Below are positions 15,752 through 26,800 of a DNA stretch of 44,533 bases, piece after piece (the stretch's first letter is position 1; the number at the start of each line of letters is the position of its first letter). Under the pieces are notes generated by a model. The model saw nothing but the letters and a program-made list of their open reading frames with translations, did not search any database and had not been told where the DNA came from. The stretch lies in IMG/VR virus record IMGVR_UViG_3300014039_000008. The stretch is one strand, 5' to 3'. Position numbers and translations under genes: made by a program. The DNA is from a virus.

Positions 15752-17549
15752 ACTGCCGGGCATGGCCTATAGCTCCGGGATCACGCGGTCGCAGCAGGTT
15801 CAGTTCGGCGGCCTGCGGCATCACCAGAACGCCGGGGACGGCGAAATTTATGACATGGAGAATATGAGCGCAAGGGACTATCCCCTGCTGCGCTCTCGCG
15901 ATAAGCGCCGGAACGGCGGGACGCTGACCGGCGCGACGGAAATGTTTTTTGATAACCATGCCATGTGGTACACCGACGCGGATGGCTGGCTGTGGTACAA
16001 GCGGGCGATGCTCAACCTCAAGGTCGCATACGTCGGGGAGGGCGAGACAAAATTTGTACGCTTCGGCGACCGCATCGTCCTGATGCCCGCGAAAAAGCTG
16101 GTGCAGGCCAAGTACACCGTCGCAGGGACGGCGGCCAATCCGTCAGCCCTGCCGACTAGCATCGAGCCGGGCGAGGCCTACGTCATCAACGTGGGAGACA
16201 CGCAGTCCCCGGAGTGGATGCTCTACGTCTGGACCGGCGACGAGTGGGACGACAGCATGGGCGCGTGGGTCGTGAGCATGGAGGCGGAGCTGACGGCGAC
16301 CAAGATCACGATCTCCGACGGGACGATATACGGGGCAGACGCCACGGCAAACACGCTGACGATCAACACGCCGACCTCGGCAGACCTCGTCAAGGCCGGA
16401 TTCCGCGTGGGCGACGCCGTGGAGATCGATGGGCTGACCATGGAGCCGGACAACAACAAGATCGCGATCATCCGCGAGATCGGCAAGACGAGCATCGCCT
16501 TTTCCGACTACTGCTTCAAGATTCCGCTGAGCGACAGCGGCGAGAAGCAGACCTCGTACAGCGAGGAGGGGACGATCACCCTGCGGCGCAGCGTGCCGGA
16601 TATGGACATCTGCTTCGAATTTGAAAACCGCCTCTGGGGCGCGGACAAGAAGGAGATCTTTGCCAGCGCGCTCGGCGACCCGACGAACTTTTACGTCTTC
16701 GACGGGCTGAGCACGGACAGCTGGTACGTGGAGCTGCAGACCCGCGGCGAGATCACGGGCGGCGTCGGATGGTATTACCCGACGTTTTTCCGGGAGGGGT
16801 ACATCCTGCGGATCTACGGCGCGGACGCCACGACATATCAGACAAGCGAGATCCTCGCGCCGGGCGTGGCGCACGGCATGCAGCACAGCCTCGGCGCAGC
16901 GGGCGGGCTGCTGTTTTACTACTCGCCGCAGGGCATGATGGCCTACGACGGGGATTACCCGCAGGATCTGCAGCAGGTCTTTGGGCCGGGTGAGTACGGC
17001 GGAGGCCTTGCGCAGAGCGACGGGACGGACTACTACATCCAGCTCAAGCCGACGGGCGAGACCTCGCCGAGGATCTATCACTACGACGGGCTGCGCGGCA
17101 TCTGGACCGTGGAGGACAGCCCCAATATCGACAGCATGTCGATGACGGAGGGCGCGGAGACGCTGCAGCCGTCCATCATCGCAATGACGACCGGCAAGGC
17201 GCTGACAACGCTCAAGGGGCCGGGCGGCCCGTGGGTGCAGGACACGGCGGCCGTGGCAAGCTTTGTGGAGTTTGCGGATTTTACGATGGAGTCGCCAAAC
17301 CGCAAGGCCGTAAGCAAGCTGCTGCTGCGGCTGAGCCTGACGAGCGCGAGCGTGACCGTCAAGATCCAGTACGACAGCGGCGGGACGTGGAAGACTGTGG
17401 CGACGCTGACCGCAGCGGGCAAGCGGAGCTATTACCTGCCCGTCGTGCCGCACCGGTGCGACCATTTCCGCATCCGGCTCGAGGCAACGGGAGAGTGGGC
17501 GCTGCACAGCCTTGCGATCGAGTACTACGTCGGCAGCGCGCTGCATTAA
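15744..17549 (+). CDS. virion structural protein, possibly tail or adaptor (601 aa)
   Basis: ATG 15744 in the frame of track ORF 15627..17549. Lies between terL and portal. Beta-rich. Confidence 0.6.
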   Translation: MGRLPGMAYSSGITRSQQVQFGGLRHHQNAGDGEIYDMENMSARDYPLLRSRDKRRNGGTLTGATEMFFDNHAMWYTDADGWLWYKRAMLNLKVAYVGEGETKFVRFGDRIVLMPAKKLVQAKYTVAGTAANPSALPTSIEPGEAYVINVGDTQSPEWMLYVWTGDEWDDSMGAWVVSMEAELTATKITISDGTIYGADATANTLTINTPTSADLVKAGFRVGDAVEIDGLTMEPDNNKIAIIREIGKTSIAFSDYCFKIPLSDSGEKQTSYSEEGTITLRRSVPDMDICFEFENRLWGADKKEIFASALGDPTNFYVFDGLSTDSWYVELQTRGEITGGVGWYYPTFFREGYILRIYGADATTYQTSEILAPGVAHGMQHSLGAAGGLLFYYSPQGMMAYDGDYPQDLQQVFGPGEYGGGLAQSDGTDYYIQLKPTGETSPRIYHYDGLRGIWTVEDSPNIDSMSMTEGAETLQPSIIAMTTGKALTTLKGPGGPWVQDTAAVASFVEFADFTMESPNRKAVSKLLLRLSLTSASVTVKIQYDSGGTWKTVATLTAAGKRSYYLPVVPHRCDHFRIRLEATGEWALHSLAIEYYVGSALH

Positions 17550-17558
17550 GGAGGCAAA

Positions 17559-19595
17559 ATGGACAACGAAAAAAAGACCCTGCACAAGTGGCAGGACAAG
17601 CTCGACCGCAACCTGCAGGCCTATGCCGGGGAGCTTGACAAGATGGACGCGCGCGAGGTGCAGTACAAGGGAGGCCACGCGCTGCGGCCGCTGGTCGAAA
17701 ACGGGATCGACGAGCCGACGGAAACGCCGCACGTATGGAATATCACGAGTGAAAATATCGAATCGGAGATCGACAACAGCGTGCCGACCGGGAAGGTCAC
17801 GCCGAGCCGCCAGCAGGACAACCTGCTCGGCAAGATGATCGAGGCCATGCTCCTGGATGAGCTGGACCGCCTGCCGACGGAGCGGATCAACGACCGCGCC
17901 GAGCGCACGTGCAAGGTGCAGGGCGGCGTGCTGTATCTCGTGGAGTGGGACAGCGCACAGCGGACGCACACGACGGTCGGCGAGAACAGCATCACGGTGA
18001 TGCATCCCAAGCGTTACATCCCGCAGGACGGCGTGGAGGAGCCGGAGGACATGGACTACATGTTTCTCCGCATGCCGCAGACCAAGGGCTATGTCAAGCG
18101 CCGGTATGGCGTGGACGTATCGGACGAGACCGAGGAGGACGCCAGCCTGCGCGGCGAGGAGGCCAGCACGGCAGAGGACCTCGTCACGCTGGAGACGGCA
18201 TACTACCGCAACGAGCACGGCGGCGTCGGCCGCATCGTCTGGGTGGGCGACACAGTCTGCGAGGAGCTGGAGGACTGCCAGAGCCGCCGCCTGCGCCGCT
18301 GCAAAAAGTGCGGGCAGACCGAGGCGGACAGCGCGAACTGGAAGATGGTCGGCCCGACGAAGAACGGGGAGTACCCACAGGGTCTGCCGCCGGAGCGACG
18401 AAGAAAGGACGCCTGCGCCTACTGCGGCGCGCGCAGCTGGGAGGAAACGGACGAGGAAGGCCGCTGGATGACCATTGCCGACCTGAGCGAAAAGGGGGTC
18501 AGAGAGGACGTGCTGGACCGCCTGCAGGGGCTGGCAGCGCCGGAACCGGCAGCGGCAGAGCCGGGCTTTGCGCCGGACGGGGCAGACGTGGGCGCAGCGG
18601 GTAGTTTGACGCCAGATGCAGAAAACGGCACAGAGACGATTCTGAGGCCTGAGACGATGCCTCCGTACAACACGCAGACGCAGGCCGAAACGGAATACTG
18701 GGTGCCGTACTACCGGCCGAACATCTACCCCGTCGTGCTGCAGCGGAACGTGACCGCATGGGGCACGTTTTTGGGCGAGAGCGACTGCGACAAGATCAAG
18801 GATCAGCAGAACACGGTAAACCACCTGAGCCGCAAGATGATCACACGAATCTCCAAGTGGGGCACGAAGATCGCAATGCCGGACAACCCCGGCCTGCGCA
18901 TGGACGGGCAGGATCAGGAGCTGTGGTACATGCCGCAGTCCGATCTGGCACAGGTCAAGCAGTTTGATTTTATCGGAGACCTTGAGTGGCCGTATGCGTA
19001 CCTCAATCACGTCTATGAGGAGAGCCGCCGAATCCTCGGAATCACGGACTCGTTCCAGGGCAGGACGGACACGACGGCGACGTCCGGCAAGGCCAAGGAG
19101 TTTTCCGCCGCGCAGGCGGCAGGGCGCATCGAGAGCAAGAAGATCATGAAGAAGGCTGCATGGGCCGAGATCTTCGAGCGGCTTTTCCGCAACAAGCTCG
19201 CCTACTGCGAGGAAAAGCGAAAGATGCACGGCAAGAATGAGATGGACACCGAGTGGAACTCGTGGGCATTTCTGGAGTGCGACGAGGCGGGGGAGCTTTA
19301 CTGGAACGATCAGTTTAGATTTTCCTGCGACAACGCATCCGGGCTGGCGGCGAACCGCGAGGCCATGTGGCAGGAGATCACGCAGCACCTGCAGAGCGGA
19401 GCCTACGGCAACCCGAGCGAGCCGCAGACGCTGATCCGCTATTGGTCGCAGATGGAGATGCAGAATTACCCCGGCGCGGGAACGATCAAGAAGCTGCTCG
19501 AGGAGCAGGCTGCGCAGCAGCAGGCACAGGCCATGGCCATGCAGTCGCAGCAGGCCATGCAGCAGCAGATGGGCATGCCGCAGGGCATGCAGTAA
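17559..19595 (+). CDS. portal protein with an inserted CxxC...CxxC zinc-ribbon-like segment (678 aa)
   Basis: Size, position and Q/M-rich C-terminus fit a portal. CKKC at 18299-18310 and CAYC at 18414-18425. Confidence 0.7.
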   Translation: MDNEKKTLHKWQDKLDRNLQAYAGELDKMDAREVQYKGGHALRPLVENGIDEPTETPHVWNITSENIESEIDNSVPTGKVTPSRQQDNLLGKMIEAMLLDELDRLPTERINDRAERTCKVQGGVLYLVEWDSAQRTHTTVGENSITVMHPKRYIPQDGVEEPEDMDYMFLRMPQTKGYVKRRYGVDVSDETEEDASLRGEEASTAEDLVTLETAYYRNEHGGVGRIVWVGDTVCEELEDCQSRRLRRCKKCGQTEADSANWKMVGPTKNGEYPQGLPPERRRKDACAYCGARSWEETDEEGRWMTIADLSEKGVREDVLDRLQGLAAPEPAAAEPGFAPDGADVGAAGSLTPDAENGTETILRPETMPPYNTQTQAETEYWVPYYRPNIYPVVLQRNVTAWGTFLGESDCDKIKDQQNTVNHLSRKMITRISKWGTKIAMPDNPGLRMDGQDQELWYMPQSDLAQVKQFDFIGDLEWPYAYLNHVYEESRRILGITDSFQGRTDTTATSGKAKEFSAAQAAGRIESKKIMKKAAWAEIFERLFRNKLAYCEEKRKMHGKNEMDTEWNSWAFLECDEAGELYWNDQFRFSCDNASGLAANREAMWQEITQHLQSGAYGNPSEPQTLIRYWSQMEMQNYPGAGTIKKLLEEQAAQQQAQAMAMQSQQAMQQQMGMPQGMQ

Positions 19596-19604
19596 GGAGG
19601 GACC

Positions 19605-20852
19605 ATGCAGTACGGATACAACAAGGACACGGACTATAAAAAGCTGATGGATGACGCGGCCTCGAAGGGCAACTATGCACAGGCCGCGATCTACGAGCAG
19701 ATGAGAAACGAGAAGATCGCTGGCGAGGGCCTGAACCAGTGGGCGCAGACCAACCAGTACGCCAATTACTTGCAGGGAGCCGGGGCAAACACCGGCTGGA
19801 AAAACCCCTATCAGGAGGAGCTGGACGCCGCGATCAAGCGCCTGCAGGAGAGCAGTGGAGGGGCCTACAAGTGGGACCCCGAGAACGACACGGCCATGCA
19901 GGAATACAGCAAGACTTACCTGCGCGAGGGAGACCGGACGATGCGCGACACGCTGGGCGCCTATGCCAAGCAGACGGGCGGCCTTGCCTCCACGCAGGCC
20001 ATTGCGGCGGCCAGTCAGGCGGCCGACAACTACAAGGCGCAGCTGGCAGATAAGGTCCCCGAGCTGGAGCAGCAGGCCTACAACCGCTGGTACAACGAGC
20101 AGCAGACGGCCAGGCAGGATCAGTACAATTACCTCTCGGCCCTGATGAATGCGGGCAGCGCCGCGCAGAGCGACTACAGCCTGCGCATCAACGAGGCGCT
20201 CAACCGCTGGCAGCAGCTCGGCTATGCGGACGATCAGGTATCGAGCGTGCTGGGCGTGGGCGTGGGTACGCCGACAACAGACCAGAGCTACCAGAACTGG
20301 CAGAAGATGCAGGCGCAGCAGGATGCCGACTGGCAGAGAGAGCAGTGGAGATACCAGCAGGAACTGGACAAGTACACCCAGAACGAGCAGCAGCGCCAGA
20401 ACGCCTACAACCTCGCCATGACGATGCTGCAGCTGGGGCAGATGCCGAGCGCGGAGATGCTGACGCAGGCCGGGATCAGCGGCGAGGACGCGCAGCGCAT
20501 CCTCGCGGGCGTGCAGGCGCAGAACAGCGGGTACAGCGGCGGCTCCGGCGGAAGCTCCGGCGGAGGCTCGTACAGTTCCGGAAGCGGGAGCGGGACGGCC
20601 AGCGGGAGCGATACCGGGACAACGGGAGGATCTGATGGGAATACGCCGACGATCACAGACAAGAGCCAGCTCAGCGCGCTGGGGAAGCAGTATTACCGGG
20701 ACATTGTCAGCTCGTCGAGATATCCGCGCAGCGCAGAAGACCAATACGCGGCGATGGAGTCGATCTTTAACCGGATCACGCAGGACTATAACGCCGGGCA
20801 TTTGACGCTGGCGGAGAAAAACTATCTCGCCTCACTTTGGGGCGTGAATTGA
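19605..20852 (+). CDS. Q/N/Y-rich protein with a Ser/Gly linker; putative internal or ejection protein (415 aa)
   Basis: Follows the portal gene. Contains SGYSGGSGGSSGGGSYSSGSGSGTASGSDTG. Confidence 0.6.
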   Translation: MQYGYNKDTDYKKLMDDAASKGNYAQAAIYEQMRNEKIAGEGLNQWAQTNQYANYLQGAGANTGWKNPYQEELDAAIKRLQESSGGAYKWDPENDTAMQEYSKTYLREGDRTMRDTLGAYAKQTGGLASTQAIAAASQAADNYKAQLADKVPELEQQAYNRWYNEQQTARQDQYNYLSALMNAGSAAQSDYSLRINEALNRWQQLGYADDQVSSVLGVGVGTPTTDQSYQNWQKMQAQQDADWQREQWRYQQELDKYTQNEQQRQNAYNLAMTMLQLGQMPSAEMLTQAGISGEDAQRILAGVQAQNSGYSGGSGGSSGGGSYSSGSGSGTASGSDTGTTGGSDGNTPTITDKSQLSALGKQYYRDIVSSSRYPRSAEDQYAAMESIFNRITQDYNAGHLTLAEKNYLASLWGVN

Positions 20853-20862
20853 GGAGGAGCCT

Positions 20863-23800
20863 ATGCCAAGGGACGCAATGGCCGAATGGCTGGCGAAGCG
20901 GAATGCAGAGAAAGCTGCGCAGCGCGCGACACCGGAGCACGGGGCCGTGCGTCAGGCGCAGATCAAAGTTGACCAGATTTTAGAGCAGGCAAAGAAAACA
21001 GTAACGGAGCTGCCGGGCGTAAAGGCAGGGAAAACGGCGAAATCCTCCACACCGGTACGGCAGGAGGAGGGGCGTGACGCGATGGCCGAATGGCTTGCGG
21101 CGCGCAAAGAGTCCAAAGTGCAGCAGATCGCCGAGCAGGGCATGTACACCGTGCGGAACGCCAAAACGCTGGGCGTGGCCGTGGCGAACACCCGCGCCGA
21201 GTACCAGAAGGCACACAAGAAAGCGGCGCGGCATGTGGCGGTCAACACCACGGCACCACTGGCGATGGCGGAAGCTGCGCGGTATCAGGCAAAATTTCTG
21301 AGCGGCCGCAGCGTCGACAAAGTGCAGCGGGAGTATGACACCACGCGGGAGCGCGCGGAGGAATACCGCCAGAAGGCCCTGCGCCTGCGGGAGACCGGCG
21401 ACGCGCAGCGGGAGGCCAGCAGCACCGCCGCGATCGGGAAGGATCGCGAGGATGAGACAAGATTCGGCTCCTCTCTGACGCGGTCCGCCGACCAGTGGGA
21501 CAAGCTCGCGCAGGAGGAGAGCAGCAAGGCGCTCGAGCTTGCGCGGGAGCTGGGATATGCCAAGGTGTATCAAGTCCAGGAACTGGAAGAGAACGCTGCA
21601 ATGGACCCGCAGTTTGCCCAAAAGGCACAGGCCAGACAGGACATCCTTGCGCTGGGAGCGGAGGAGAGCAGAGCAAGCCAGAGCAAGGCAAACGTCATCT
21701 ATGGAGAGATCAACGGGAGCGAGTACTATGTGACGGAAGACCCGGCGACCGAAAAGATGACGGAAACAGAGAGGCGCACTTTTACGTACCTCTACAACAC
21801 CAAGGGGGCAGCGGCGGCCGAGGAATACTACAACATGCTCAACGACACGCTCGAGCTTCGCCGCGGTGAAGACATCGCAGCCGGCATGGGCGGGACGGCC
21901 AAGAAGACGCTGTTTTCCCTCGGGATGGGCGTGCGGCGCTTTGGACGCGGTATCGAACAATTGTTCAATGATGAGCAGCTGCCGCTCTATGGTGAGGACT
22001 ACGCCGAAAACATCATCAACGCCAGCGCGAGCCACGGGGAGAGGATCCTCTACAGCGCGGCAAACAGCATCGGCAACATGCTGCCGATGGTCGCGATCTC
22101 TGCGGCAACGCAGGGCATCGGCGGCGCAGTCGGCCTGAGCGCGGAGGCGGCGCAGGCGGCGGGCAAGGCTGCCGGCGTGGCCAGCATGTTTGCCGGGGCA
22201 AAAGGCAACGCCTACACCGAGGCCATGCAGCAGGGCATGACCAAGGCGCAGGCGTCGACCTATTCGACGCTCGTCGGCGCGAGCGAGGCAGGGCTGGAAT
22301 ATCTCATCGGTGGTATCAGCCAATTCAGCATGGGCAGCGGCATCGGCGACTTCGTGCAGGAGGCGATCTCCGGGCTGGGCCGAGGCTATGCGCGCGTGGC
22401 CTTCCGCTTTGCGGGAAGCCTGATCGGCGGCTCGATCGACGAGATCATCGAGGAAAACACGCAGAACTATCTGGAGCCGCTATTTATCAATTACGTCACA
22501 GGCAAAGAGGCGGAAATGCCGGGCTGGGACGAATTCATCGAAACGACGCTCTCCACGCTCATCACAACGGGCGTGATGGAGAGCCGCAATTCCTTCGTCG
22601 AGGCGAAGCAGAACATCGCATTCACCCCGTTTGAAGCGCAGCTGGAATGGGTGTCCGCCGCGAAGAATGTGTTTGCCGAAGGGACGGACGTTGCGGAGTT
22701 TGCGGACGTGCTGGAGAGCCGCCTGCAGGCCGGAGACCCGATGAGCTACAAGGAGTTCCGAGAGGGCATCCGCGCCCTCGGCGTGGATGAAAAGACCATG
22801 GACCGGATCGCGAAAGGCAAGCTGACGGTCGATGAGGTCTTGACGTCCGCGGAGAACGGCGATAAAATCAGCCTGAAAGAGTGGCAGGCCGAGCAGAATA
22901 GCACGGCGCAGCAGGAACAGAGCCAGACGCAGCGGGCCGAAACGGTGCAGACGGAGAACGACAATATCGAGACCGCCATGACCGCAGCAGAGCAGGAAGC
23001 CGACCGGCTGATCGCCGAATGGAACCGCGGCGAGAACAGCAGTTATGAGCTGGGGCAGCAGGCGCAGCGCGTGATGCAGCAGCTCGAAGAAGAAGTGCGC
23101 GAGGGAACTGCGACGGATCCCGGCAGCTACATAAACCGACAGCTTCAGCTGCAGGAGATCGTGCGCTCTGCGCCGGAGGCGAGCACTGCACAGCAGGCCA
23201 CTCAAAACACCACAGAAAGGATCGACAACAATGGCAGAACGGAAATTCTTAATGACAGCGAGGAACGGAATGCAGGTCTGGGTGCCGGAGAGCAAGCTGG
23301 AGCAGTGGCAGAAGGCGCAGGAGGACCAGTCGCCGGAGGCGCAGGAACGCAGACGCAAAACGGCCGAGCGGATCTTAGCGGCGGTCGAGAGGCTGTCAGC
23401 GCAAGGGAAATCGGAGTAAAGGGCGGCACAACCGAGAAAAACATCCACGTCGTCATCCCGGCCGAGATCGACACGACGCAGGCGGCAGACGCTGCGATCG
23501 TCGAAAAAATGAACCGCATCGTCACGGAAGCGGCTGCAAAGGGGCAGGATGTCACGTTCGTCTCCGGCGCGCTCACAGTCGAGTCCGGAGGCCGGACCGT
23601 GCGCGTGGAAGGTGTTCGCCAGACCGGCGACAACGGCAGGACGCAGATCTTCCTGCAGGTAGACGGCCGCCGGGACATGGAGCGAATTTACCGCCACGAG
23701 GATTTCCACGACGCGGTGGAGGCGCAGCCGGGGCTGCTGCAGCGCCTTGCCGACCGGCTCATGCAGGAGTATGGCCGCGAGGAAATGCTGCGCATGGCGA

Positions 23801-26800
23801 TCGACTATGCAGAAGCATACGACGGCATTTACGGCGAGTTTACCGAGGACATGACGGAGGAGCAGGAAAATGAGCTTGCGATCCGGTACATGGAGGAAGT
23901 TTTCGCGGATGCCTACGCTGGCATCCGCCGAGGGCAGCGCCGTATCCGCTCCGCGCAGAAGACGCTGGAGGCCAGCGGGGAGATCGAGACGCTCCGGGCA
24001 AGAGGCCAGACGGCACAGAATGCGCAGGAGGAGCAGAGCGGGAAACTGTCTATTGCAGATGGACTGCTCGACAAACTTCGGCGCGTAGCAGAAAACAGGT
24101 ATCGAGGAGCTGACGAAATCTATATCGGGGAAACATCGGACTTTTTGACGCGGGAGATCGGTGTCGACGCGGCAAAGGTCACAATGCCTGCGAGCAAAGC
24201 GTACGCCGCAATGGTGACTGCAGAGCAGGCAAAGGTGGATAACCGATACGACAAGAACATAAATTACCACGGGCTCGGGGCAGAGGGGATGCTCGAAATC
24301 CTCGAAAAATCGGAAAACCCTGTTGCGGCATTCGTTTCAAAACCTGGAGAAAAAGGAAGTCGGCTGAATCGACTGGTGCTCGTAACCGACCAAGAGATCA
24401 ACGGCGGGAACGCGGTGGTCGTAGAGGAAATTGAGGCCCAAGGTAGACTGAAGGGGAAAAAACTAAAGGTAAATAAAGTCATAACCGCATATGAACGTGA
24501 GCGTGCGGCGCAAGATGTGCAGGACGCACAAATAGACGGCAGGCTGCTATACCTAGACAAAAAAAGAAGCCAGAGCTTAAATGCTGGGAGGCCGGGGTCC
24601 AATTCCCCGGTGGCCATGCAAAGCTCTGACTTCCAGACCAATATACAAAACTTTCTCGCAGATGTCAAGTGGGAATCCGGGGAATACGATAAAAAAGTTT
24701 CTGGAAGCGGACCGGTCGAGAGCGATATCGCAGCAGCGTTCAGAAAATCTTTAGAGAAGAAGACAAGCTTCTCAGTATCGGGCGACCAGAATGGGCAGGA
24801 CGGGCGGGGAAAACAGAGATTTTCGCTGTCTGAGCCGGTGGAGCGCGCTGGGAACCTGATTGCGGAGCACAACCTGACGCAGGAGAAGCTGGAGAAGGCG
24901 CTGGAGATCGGCGCGTTTCCGTCGCCGTCCATCGCTATCGTGCAGGCCGAGCAGGGGCATACAAACTACGGAGACTATTCCGTCGTGTTCCCAGCGTCGA
25001 CGATCGACCCCGAGGCGGACAGCCGGAACCGCGTATATGGCGCGGACGCATGGACGCCGACCTCGTCCAACGCGACCGTGGAGTACCGTGTGGATGCGGA
25101 TGCAAAGCGGGCGTTCGAGCGCAGCATCCGGGACCTGTCGGGGCAGGTAGCAGACGGGATTTTCCGTGGAGACAGTACGCTCGGCAAGGCCGGGATCGAA
25201 GAGGAAACGACCAAGACAAGCCGGGAAATCGCGGAGCAGATCGCGCAGTATCCGGAGGTCAAGGCGGCTTATCTTGCGGATAAAGGCGAGAATATCAGTC
25301 CTGTCTACAAGGACAGAGAGTACGACAATATTGGGAATGCGGCGCTGCAGCGGTATACGGACAACGTCGGCGCACAGGACCTTGCATGGATCATTGCGCA
25401 GATGGACATGGGGGATGCGCAAAGCGTGGCACAGGCAGAGCTGCAGCGCGTGCGGCAGGCGATCGGGGAGGAATATGCAGAGCGGTTTGCAAGGATCCTC
25501 GACCGGAGGCCGGAACGCAAGGCGGAGCGCGTCAGTGAGTACGCAGAAAACAAAATGTACAGCAGCATGCGGGCAGAGGACTTTATCAGGCATGCGTGGG
25601 AGATGGTACAGGACGGAGGCCGGAACAGCGGCGAAGCGGACAAAATGGCCATGCAGGACGAGCTTGACCGAAAAGCGCCGGTGCAGGACGTGGCGGCGTG
25701 GGCAGAAAAGCGGCTGCAGGATGTGATCGGCGAGGGCGGGATCTACAACAATGAGGATCGCTATACAAGCCGAGGCGACCGCAGGAGTTTTGACCAGACC
25801 CACTGGGAGCTGAACGCGGAGAACCTCGTCCGGGCTATGGCACAGGCGGAGGAACGCGGCGCAAACATCATGTGGTATGATGCCGGTGGCCTGCTGGCAG
25901 CGGCGACGCCGGAGTACCGGAGCATCAGCGAGATCCATGCCGACGAGGGGCGGCTGCAGACGTTGGAGCAGGAGGCCTACGAGGGGAAAGTGATGAAGCT
26001 GCAGCAAAGCCTTGACAACGTGGTCGAGCGCATCCTGCAGGAGACAAAGCACAAAGCATATGGGTATCAGGATGAGAGCCAGCTTATCACGGAAGCGCTG
26101 ATCAAGACCGCACAGGGCGGCGACAGCCTGCAAAGCATCCGCGAGGGGATGGCAGCGGAAGAATACGACATTGACCGTGCGACGGCAATGCGGGTTCAGG
26201 AGCTGTTTCAGCAGGCGAAGGAGATTCCTACCTCGTACTTCGAGGCCAAGCCGCAGCGGGTAGTAAGCTTTGATGAGGCGGTCGCGCTGTTGGCCCCGGA
26301 AAGCGCTCCGGCGAGTCTGATGGCAAGAGCAGAGGACGCGGGCCTGCGCGTGATCCGGTACACGGACGACGCAGACAGGATCCGCGTTGCAAACGAACTG
26401 CCGGGCGTGAAATTCTCCGTGCAGGAGGAGCAGGATGCTGGGGAGAGCCAGAAGCAAGACACGCAGAAAGACCTCGGAGAGATGAACCGGCAGGTGCAGG
26501 GGGCGGAGGCTGCGATGCGCAGCGACGCACTCAAGGCACAGGCGGACGCCGAGCTGCAGGAGTACCTGAAAAAGGGAAAGAGCGAGCTGGCACAGTCCAT
26601 CAGCAAGATGAGCGACGCAGCGCTGAAAAAGCAGACCGAGCGGGTCAAACAGGCCATGACGGCAGAGTCGGAGGGCCTGCGCATCAACGAGGCCGCCGAG
26701 GCTGTGACAGAGGGCGTGCAGAAGTACGCGGAGAGCCGCAACCAGCGCCTCGGCGATATGCTGCAGATGATCAAGGCCGAGCAGAACAAGCGCGCAGCGG

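Noticed and set aside
16143-20801. 1,552-aa minus-strand ORF, together with similar long antisense or out-of-frame ORFs (213..1367, 4703..6508, 12527..14065, 22480..24270, 29038..32229).
   Set aside because: They lie antisense to genes with clear motifs (portal, terL, capsid, giant ORF). Their translations are R/A/P/L/H-rich with no RBS. Long open antisense frames are expected in GC-rich DNA because stop codons are AT-rich.
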